Origin: Vermamoeba vermiformis
Taxonomy: Eukaryota
Direction of reading: 5' to 3'
DNA: 64,000 nucleotides
Assembly: GCA_045837725.1 (NCBI GenBank)
Contig: JBEWZL010000168.1
Span: 1-64,000, forward strand
The notes under the pieces are model-generated. The model was not told the DNA's origin, searched no databases, and worked only from the letters and a program-made list of their open reading frames with translations. Made by a program: the position numbers and the translations under genes. Below are positions 54,401 through 64,000 of this stretch, piece after piece. Within the stretch, counting starts at the first letter, position 1. The number at the start of each line of letters is the position of its first letter.

Positions 54401-55686
54401 TTGATTTCTTTTCAATACTGATCCGTTTGTTTTGTCAGATACTTCGTTTTGAAGCCAGGAAGATTGATCTTCTTCAAAGACCCTCACGAGGTTTCTAAAG
54501 CTCATTGCAGTGGCATTATTAATTTGCAAGGTTGCGAAGTCAGTATCCGCACGTCGAAGAAAGTCGGATCTTGCTTCAAGATCTTCCATTTGCTACAATA
54601 CAATATATACAGCAAACAAGGTCTTAAGGGCGAGACCTTGAAGTCAACGTTCATGCCATACAACTTGGACTACGGTATTCTTCGTGTAAATAATGATGCG
54701 GATCGTATGAAGTGGATGAAGGCCATTCAATCGGCTATTCCCGATTATGAAAAGAACAAATCACTATACACTCCGGTACGTACTATCACCCGCTGGATTT
54801 ATATTTTGGATTATTTTATTGTTTTGTTTTCGGAATAACACGTGATCCGTTAACTAATTTAGAACGGAGTTGAGTGTTTAGAGTGACTGTATTAACGTAT
54901 TGTTTCTGATATAGCAAGTCATTATTCGTCCTGAAAGTGATTCAGAGGACGAAGAAGATGAAGAAGACGACGATGAAGTTGCACCGGATCAACAAATACC
55001 TATTCAGCCACTCACAGCATTGTCGGCACCGAACCCGACACCAAACACTATTATTACTCGACCTAGTACGTGCTCACCTTGAAATGTATATGACGCAATT
55101 GGGTTTTAACGTAGTTTATTATCAGCGATTATCCCGGCTTCGCCAAGCCAAGCCTTAAGTTCTGCTAACTTGCACGGATCTGGCAGTGGAGCTATGAATG
55201 GTTCCCCTATGGAGCGCGAATTAGATGACTCGCTCGATAATGTTGAGTACGTAGTAGTCTCAGCTTTGAAGCTTCAAAAGTGGATCCGACGACGATGAAA
55301 TTAATGCTAACTCGTTCTCTTTTAGGGGTAATGGTAACTCTGAAGAGGTGTTGGAACAGATCTACAAGACTATTCGTCGCATTAGATCAGAGCAAAAGCG
55401 CACTAGCACCGTGTACGAAGACAATTTAAAGAAGGTTGAAGATCGTATTGCACAACTCGAAAAGAACATTACAAATCAATTCAAACAACAACAAATGCGC
55501 GAACAATTGAATAAGAGAGAAGAAAACAATAACAAAGTCGTTAAAGAGCCGAAGGGATTGTTGGGCAAGGTCCTTGCGAACCAACAACAGATTCAATTCG
55601 GAGTTGTCTTATTTTTGGTATTTTGGATCTGGTTGAGCATGCGGTCAATGTCCGCTCAAATTTCAAGCATGTCTTTAGCTAAGTAA
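51483..55686 (+). CDS. ORP5/ORP8-like lipid transfer protein with architecture ORD - coiled coil - PH - coiled coil - TM
   Basis: ORD with QLKPGQELTKVSLP, KKPLNSVLGE and EQVSHHPP. An in-frame intron (53129-53354) joins it to an ORP8-type PH domain (VLKPGRLIFFK...CEV..RTSKKVGSCFKIFHLLQ..IY.KQGLKGE). C-terminal TM FGVVLFLVFWIWL. Confidence 0.85.
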
Positions 55687-55971
55687 CTGCGTTGAATTAG
55701 TGCGAGTTAACTTTTAACTAAAGATCCTAACCAGATCAATCTTGATTTCTTTTTGTACTCTTTACTCACCGAATAATAAATGACTGCGCTCGAGCGGTCA
55801 TATTAATCAAATGAACAAATGTGCACGTGCTTTTGTATCTCAACACAATCTGGCAAGTTTAAAACAGACTTTTTTGGTTAACACTCGATTAGATTAGATT
55901 TTCGCTCTGTTGGTTGCAACTAGTGCCCAGTTAGTTAGTTTCGTTATATAATTTAATTAACGAGTGCTCCG

Positions 55972-57405
55972 ATGGAAGATTATGACTTTGATTGGGTAAG
56001 AGACATTAGTACGAGGCATTTAAATTGCCTCTTTTCATTAATTTTCTTAATGGCTTAACAATATGCATATTTATTCCTAGTAACTTGATATATTATTACT
56101 AATATTATTGATAATTTTGCACCAGAATAATAAATTATTAGGGTACGCCAGATAATTCAGATCCGACTGTAGATTTAAACGTAAAATGGTTTACCCTTCA
56201 CAGTTATTACGGTCCTGTATTTGATCAGGTTTGCGAGGGATTAAAGACCTCAACTTCGATTGAAACCTTTGGATGCGCGGTTGAAAAGATCAAAGACGAG
56301 CAACGTCTGACGCAACTCATGGAGGCCATCAAGGCCAGCCCATCAATAGAGCGTATAATAGTATATATAGACGAACCTATAGATAAACAACGTTTGCGGA
56401 AGCTGTTCGATGGTATTTCACAGGAACATTAAGTCCGTAACGCTGGATGTGAAGCAGGTCAGCGACAATCAAACATTATCTAGCTTAATTGAATGCAAAC
56501 TTCACAGTCCAACAAAAAATTTCAAGTTGTTTCTCGATGGATGCCAAGGCGAACTCCTGAACAAACAATTTTATGCGGATCACATTGAACTGCTGCAACG
56601 AAGTAATTTTAACAAAATTGTGTTGGTCTGAAGTCGATTTATTTGGTGACCCCGTTACTCTTAATCATCAAGGCTGGCAGGAATTCTGTGAATTTTTAAC
56701 AAAGACTGACAAATTGCGTACACTTAGAGCGTACACTGCGAACTTAACTTGCGCGGATGCTGCTGCATTAGCAAACTACGTATGTAATTCGAAGAATTTG
56801 ACGAATCTTCAATTTGGATTCACAGACAAAAGTCTTTCACCGGAGGAGATGGAAACGGTCGTTGACTTATGTAAAGCCGTAGCTCAAAGCAATATCCGAA
56901 TTGTTCAAATAGACTGTAGGCTGTCAGGTTCAGATACGTCATTGGGGATAGCAACGAGTAATATTATTAGACATTCGACCAAGCTGGAAATATTCCGGTT
57001 CGAATGTGATATGACAAACAACTGTGAAGAAGTGGTGAAAGCAATTAATGAAGGGTTACAAGACTCAGAGTCGGTACGAGTTTGCGAGGTGATAAATGGG
57101 AATTTTAAACAACGTGGAATAAGCAACGATCTTACACTACGGAACAGAAAATTACAAAATTCACGAGTACGAGCATGTTATAACGATTTTATTCAACATT
57201 GCAAGAGCGACATCATCGTCACCACAAATGAAACTACCACGTGCCACGTCATCAGTGTCATCATCAACAACACTACCACGTGACATTTGGCCAATCATCA
57301 TGTCATTTGTGCGTGTTCCAGGAGTGTCGCTTGACTTTGGACTGATCGCTCAATCGATTTTCAAAGACAGCACTGTTAGACGTGTCATTTACAAGCCCGT
57401 TAAAT
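55972..57405 (+). CDS. RNI-like LRR family gene, copy 1 (frameshifted as assembled)
   Basis: Paralog of 58719-60113 (EFCEFLTK, SNI, LRNRKLQN, LPRDIW). The frame changes near 56620 and 57180-57280. Confidence 0.6.
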
Positions 57406-57508
57406 AAAATAATTGGGCTATTAAAAGCGTTTGACTTGAATATCAATACGATCTTTATTCCTAAAGAGACTTCACAAATGCGATCAGAGTACAGGAAGAA
57501 AAATCATT

Positions 57509-58370
57509 TTATGGCCGTAGTTGTTCGAGATCTCCGACGTGATAGATCTGAACGTCAGTACCACACAGAGCAGTGATGTAACTTCTGTCCAGCGATTGGA
57601 ATTTCTTAAACTCAAACATTTCGCGCATTTGTCCCTTTGTCAAGCCTCCATTGAGCTCCATCCGGCTACGACAGCCTTCGCATCCGAAGTGCAACGGCTT
57701 TCTCGCTTTCTCCGGTACGAATCTGAACGAAAAAATGACGCAGTTAATCAATAATTTTCTAGAACGATTTGAGTTAAGAAGAATAACGCTACCTTAATAA
57801 AGGATGATGACAAATTGGATAATAATGTCCGCCAAAATAGCGAAGGTACAATGAGTTGAACAACGGCCTAATATATTCGATCAGATCTCTATCATCTTTA
57901 GGTTGTCTTTCTTTGTATTTTTGAATGAATATGGGTTTGAGTTCAGCCACGGTCATTTCATTTTTGTTCTTTTTTTGCTTCTTGCTGCCTTTGCCGCGTC
58001 GAATTGGAGGCCAGTTGAATTCTCGCTTCAATAAGTGTTTCCAAACTTGAACTTCATTGTAAACGGCATTATGATATTTGGAGACCTATAATGCATTAAA
58101 TCGATTAATTTAGCAGGGTTGATTTTCGCATTCGCCCAAAAAATTTGTTTGAGATAAGAATCTAATATCTCAATTGATATCGAGGAGTGACAAATTATGT
58201 AAATTAGTAAATATTATATAATTATTCAAGGTTTAATTTTAAGAGATTTAACCAACCTGCGTAAGAGCGAGCACGTGCTGAATTGGCAAATAACTGATTA
58301 AATTTAAGTGAAGGTCATTGATGCGAGTGATATTGCTGAGTATCGAATCGTCTATGAAGGTCTTTTCCAT
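57509..58370 (-). CDS. F-box-like family gene, copy 1
   Basis: DLHLNLISYLPIQHVLALTQ|VSKY...VWKHLLKREFNWPPIRRGKGSKK and C-terminal PLHFGCxxC. Three close paralogs in the window. Confidence 0.65.
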
Positions 58371-58718
58371 ACAATTTCCTAATCCGCAGACTTAAATGAC
58401 TCTAGCAAGTCTTGACCGAGCTAGAGTTTAGCAAAGCGCAGAATTTGCTTGTGTTGCTCTTTCTAAAGCAAATTAAACTGAATAAATGTTTGAACAGCCG
58501 GTGATTACGAGAAACCCTGTAAAAATGTCAGAAAAAGAACACCTTGGCTTCAGCAACACATGCCGATATAATTTTAAACGAGGTCTCAATTATTAAATTA
58601 ATTTCGGTACTGCATCGCTGGATAATCTCAGGAAGAGTGGAGTACGATAGATCACTTAATCCAATCCGATCTGCTGAGTCAAAATTAATTCAAATACCGA
58701 CGCCATCGTATCGAGAAT

Positions 58719-60113
58719 ATGAATATGGAAGCTACTAATGTAAGTTTATGGGAAGGAATTTTTGTTTGACCGGATTGCCTGCAATAAATTTTTTTGCGGT
58801 ACGAATGCGAATTAATTTACTTAAAAATTAAATTAACGGCAGAAATATTATGCTTAGCTCGATACAAGTACCTATGACCATTTTAAATTTGGTATTTATC
58901 TAAGCTTAATTTCTAGATCCTACCTATTTTACCCTGGTCACCGACGGAATTAACTCTCAATGGGAATCATAGACCAACGTTCAGTGCAATTTGTCAAGCG
59001 TTGAAAACTGCACCGAGAGTGCGATCGCTGAAAGTTGATTTTGAAATGGAGCCCGCTGAGTTTTTACTACTCAGCGACGCTATTGCACATAATCTATCAA
59101 TTGATAATATACGTTTGTTTATAGACGAGAATACGGACCGAGAAGCGTTCAAAAACTTCCTCGGATCCGCCAACAGAACATTCAAATGTATTGAAATTTC
59201 AGTAGGTTCCAAGGATGGAAGCAAGCTTTTGGTTCTTGAGAAATGTAAAGGACTACATGTACCTGCGAAGTATGTCAAGTTAGAGCTTAAAGACTGGGAG
59301 GATCTGGCCACAAATGAATTTTACCGAAAAATGATCGAAATATTGGAGACTACAAACGTGGATAACTTAGAATGGACTGATGAATCAATGTTTTCATGTC
59401 TTATGGTTGTAGGACTTGATGGATTCAAAGAATTTTGCGAGTTCCTTACAAAACACGATCGGATCAGAGTTTTAAAAATGCCCGAACGAGTTACGGCGAA
59501 TGCATTACCATATTTGGAAAGAGTATTAATAACGTGCAAAAAATTGCATACGATTGATATTGATGCTTATGCTCTTGACAAGAGTCAAATCCACGAACTT
59601 TTGGTTGCGCTCTCAAAAAGTAACATTAAGTCATTGTCGTTATGGTTCTACAAAGAATTAATAGATGAATCGACCATTAGACTATTACTAAAAATGGAAA
59701 AATTGACGAAATTGCATTTCTTGACCTCCGGGAAAGTCAAACAACTGGTATGGCCCGTAATTCAAGAATCAGAATCAATACGATCACTTCTAATAACAGG
59801 TGACAGTGCAATATTATCTCATGACGATGAAAATTTCTTTAAGACTGATGACGATGTAACAGCTTTTACGCTACGGAACAGAAAATTACAAAATTTACGA
59901 GTACGAGATCTGATCGTTCTCTTGTTCAACATTTCACGTGACACGTCATCACTGCCATCATCAACAACACTACCACGTGACATTTGGTCAATCATCATGT
60001 CATTTGTGCGCGTTCCAGGAGTGTCGCTTGACTTTGGATGGATCGCTCAATCGATATTCAAAGACAGCACGTTAGACGTGTCATTTATAAAAAGAAGAAG
60101 TTTTAATATATGA
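58719..60113 (+). CDS. RNI-like LRR family gene, copy 2
   Basis: 370-aa open terminal exon with LRR-like periodicity and C-terminal LPRDIWSIIMSFV. Confidence 0.7.
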
Positions 60114-60164
60114 TCTAAATTAGGTGTCATTTACATGAAGATATTCGCAACTTTACAAGTAGTT

Positions 60165-61120
60165 TTACAGCCGATCCAGATTTTTAACCCATTTCATAAC
60201 CGGTTCTCCACCGCAAACCTCGAACAAGTACTGCATTTTGTTATAATTCTTTGTTTTGAATAATTTGATTAATTGGCTTTTATTTAGCCCTCCACTCAGC
60301 GCGAGTCGTTGATGGCATTTTTGGCATCCGATGTGCAATGGTTTGCGAGCGTTAGATGGAATCAATCTAGTAATGAATTAATACAAATAATCAAATAATG
60401 ATAAAATAAGGTAATGTCCGTATCCAGTTCGGCGGATGAAGAAAAATTCCAGATCTGATGGACTTGAAACGTCGCCGCATTATTAAAATTAATAGGAAAA
60501 TATTGCAGATATTTAAAAAGCTTACCTAAGCTTGTGCTTGCAAGGATTGTCGACAAATAGCTGAAGGTAAGTGTACTCGTACAAAGGCCGCAGATGGTCA
60601 ATAACAACGGTGTCGTCAATGTTTCTTTCAGTAAATTTTTGAATATAAACCAATCTTAATTCCGCGACGGTCATTTCATTTTTGTTCTGTTGTTGCTTTT
60701 TGCTGCCTTTGCCGCGTCGTTTTGATGGCCAGTTGAATTCTTGCTTCAATAATTGTTTCCAAACGTGTTGCTCGTTGCATATCGTATTATAGTATTTTGA
60801 TACCTACAATACAATATTGTGTTAACAGGAACTTACAACTGGTGATTAATTTTATTGGATTCGGTAACGGAATTTACATTCAAGCGAATTTAGGATTGAT
60901 TCAATCAATTAATTCTTAATATCAATAATATTAATTGTGCCGTGTCATTTCTTAATTACGTAAGCAGAATATTTTAAGAAAATTAATTTTGTAATAATTG
61001 CCTTACCTCAGTTAAGGCAAGAATGCTTTGAATTGGCAAATAACTTATTAAATTTAAGTGAAGATCGTAGAGACGAGTGATATTTGCCAGTATTGAGTCA
61101 TCTATGAAAGTCTTTTCCAT
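60165..61120 (-). CDS. F-box-like family gene, copy 2
   Basis: Same exons as copy 1 (DLHLNLISYLPIQ, EFNWPSKRRGKGSKK, KPLHIGCQKC). Confidence 0.65.
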
Positions 61121-61494
61121 TCTATTTCCTAATCCGCAGACTTCAATTCGTGGTTTCTTGGCCACTGCTGCGAATAATTGTTGTGCAGTACAACACGAAG
61201 TTGGCGCTAGCTAAACTTGATTGCGATTAGGAATTGCGGCTAGGTGTGTTGTTCTAAACAAGAGTCTTAATTTTTTGACAAGACAAAGGACATTCGTACA
61301 GAAAGAAACTCAATCCGCTCTAATTTTATTACTTGATACTTCTATATGAATATAAGGCCTTAGTATCGTTCATCAACGTCGAATAAGCTTGAAAAAGTTG
61401 CCGTTCAGCAGATCTATTTCTGTGTGCTGCAATCAAATTATTGTTTTTGAATAATTCGTGCACTATAATACTATATGAATACACTACTAAAGTC

Positions 61495-62475
61495 TCACTT
61501 CCATTTTCCTTCCGCGTAACAAAAGCGAAGCTGATCCAAACTCGGAACTTGATGAAGATGCACGTTGGTCGTGCCGCAAAGAGCTAAATAGATTTTTGCC
61601 GTTGTAGAGCTTTTGTTTTTGAACAACTCACGCATTTGACCCTTGGTTAAGCCACCGTCCAGTTCTAATCTGGTAAGACAGCGATCGCATCCGAAGTACA
61701 ACGGCTTTTTAACATTATCCGGAGCGAATCTAAACAATAATAAGTTGTTAATTTTTAAATACTAATAGACTAAACTATCAAGTGCCTATTTTGGATCGAT
61801 TTAAAGACAGATCGAAAAAAACGAATCTCTTTAGTCTAATTTTACTCACCTCACTTTTGGATGCGTGCAAATACCTATATTCGGATCAAAGATGCGATTT
61901 CCAAATAATTGCGAGTAACGCTTCGAGAACAATTGCTTCATGAGTACGATCAGCTCCGAGTCGCTGGCCGCTGGTAGTCTAGCTTTGTATTTTTGAATGT
62001 AAACGGCTTTCAATTCCGCTAAATTCATCTCGCTGGTGTTTTTTTGCTTCTTGCTGCCTTTGCCGCGTCGAATTGGAGGCCAGTTGAAGTCTTGCCTCAA
62101 AAGTTGCTTCCAAACTTGAACTTCGTTGTAAACAGCGTAATAATATTTCGAAACCTATAATGCATATTCAGCTTTACAAACTAATGCAAAAGAAATGCGG
62201 ATTTCGAGAGGTTTTTACAATTGCTGAATTGTTTAAAGTCGCGCAATAATATTAATTGACGTGTATCAATGGTATATGGTACTTTGTTAGTTAATATAAA
62301 TATTTATATGCGAAATTTATTGACGCCACGAATTTTAGATTTTCAAAAGTAATGTAGATCTTACCCGAAGCAGAGCAATCACCTGTTGCAAGGATAAGAA
62401 GCTAAGCAATTTTAAGTGAAGGTCATTGATACGTGTAATGCTGGTGATTATCGCGTCTGAGAGGGTTTCTTCCAT
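61495..62475 (-). CDS. F-box-like family gene, copy 3
   Basis: DLHLKLLSFLSLQ, DFNWPPIRRGKGSKK, KPLYFGCDRC. Confidence 0.65.
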
Positions 62476-62812
62476 ACAACAAAGACCAAATCCGCTGCAC
62501 CAAATGCACGCTTAACCTTCGTACAGCGCAGATTTGCTTACTACTTGCTTTTGATTAATGTAAGCAAGAAATGAAAACGTGGTGGATAACACACGAAACA
62601 ATTCAAAAATTGGTAACGTTACCAATTTTATGTTGCAGCTGACTGACACAAACAGCGAAAATTAATATTAATATTTATATAAATATTAATACGCTCGTTT
62701 ATTTATACCATTCGTAAGCAGCAAAGGTGAAAAGCAAACCAAAGGATCTGCCTTGAAATTCCACATCCACAGAGAAACGTCAGACACAATAATTATCAAA
62801 CCACATTGTACA

Positions 62813-64000
62813 ATGGCAAGTTTATTCAAGGAAGAAATCATTAATGTAAGTCTGTCTATTAAAATCTCGACATGTTGTAAAAAAATATTAGTTTAAAATA
62901 CTAAACCGTTTCTTTTTATTATTCAGCGTATACTATAAATTTTGTGATAGATTATAAATTAATAATAATGATTTTACTTAGATCCAGAACGTACAGGGGC
63001 TTAAAAATATCTTCCCTTCCCCAGACAGAGCTTACAATATCGACATTAAAGTCCTACGGCTCGATTTTAATTACACCGAGAATTTTGTCAATATTTGTAA
63101 ATGCTTGAAGACTTCAACAACGATCAAATCGTTATTTTTAGATTTTTGGCTGGACGAATCTGGTCTTATTTGGCTCGCCGATGGTCTTGGCTCTAACAAC
63201 TCTATAACACATATTAGCTTATATATTGACAAGCCGATAGACAAACAAGCGATTGGTACTTTCGTCGCCCTGATCCAAAACAACAGAACATTGAAAACAA
63301 TTGAATTTCAATTAGAACCGAGTTCACAATTTACCAACGAACAGCTATTAGATAGTGTTAAAGGATTAAATATACCAACGAGACATTTCAAATTATTTAT
63401 TCCTAACTGTCATGACGCTATCAATACGAATCAATTTTACGACAAAATGATAGAAGTCCTGGATGCGACAAAAATTAGCAAAATTGAATGGTACCGCAAA
63501 GTGTCGTTATTTTCTACTGCTACGATTCACAACGCATTGAATGGATTTAAAAAATTCAGCGAGTATTTGGCGAAGAGCGAAAAAATCAAAACAATCGAAA
63601 CAATGGTTTTTGTAGATGATGTGACGTTGCCATACATACAAAACTTCACATTAAATTGCAAACAATTACGAACAGTTTCTTTAAAATTTGGACCAAGCGT
63701 TCCATCCAGACTCGAAAATTTTTTGGATGCACTATCAACAAGCACCATCAAAGATATGACAGTATGGGGACTAGGCGACGTAACATCACCATATCCGTGG
63801 CTAAATATAGCACGTGCATTAAAATCAATGCAGAAGTTGCAAGTGTTGTCTACGATTGGCGTGCAAAGAACGGCACAACAACAATTCGTCGAAATTATGA
63901 AAGAGTCAGAAGTGCTTCGAGAATTTTTATTTAGGACAACTGATTATGCTATCACAAATGATGTAAATGCCATGTACACTGCGAAACAAAAAATTACAAA
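62813..64000 (+). CDS. RNI-like LRR family gene, copy 3 (runs off the window)
   Basis: Micro-exon ending AAT|GTAAGT as in copy 2. Shared motifs NQFYDKMIEVLDAT and NGFKKFSEYL. Confidence 0.55.

Noticed and set aside
56400-57300. Programmed frameshifting in LRR copy 1 or the Prp8-domain gene
   Set aside because: No slippery heptamer with downstream structure. Scattered indels fit sequencing error or decay.

Overview
Gene-dense eukaryotic DNA with mostly 50-60 nt GT-AG introns. It is probably a protist, plausibly an amoebozoan (inferred from gene content only). The window begins exactly at a complete pogo/Fot1-type DD35D transposon. It also holds a giant-virus-style F-box/ankyrin gene, two tandem receptor kinases, a 650-bp MITE, several housekeeping genes (GDPD, large-subunit catalase, ABCC, ALG12, DBP7/DDX31), a CpG-depleted Crinkler-like NTPase-REase locus and an LRR/F-box paralog array. 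Most unusual: (1) a circularly permuted tRNA-like RNA inside a 322-nt structured intron ending in oligo-U (48380-48645, minus); (2) a stand-alone divergent Prp8 RNase H domain gene, back-to-back with an EXD1-like exonuclease carrying a Stc1-like zinc motif; (3) an ORP5/8-like gene with reversed ORD-PH order. Scattered single-base frameshifts and two poly-T patches suggest imperfect assembly. All family calls come from motif recognition by eye, with no searches run, and multi-exon coordinates are approximate gene spans.
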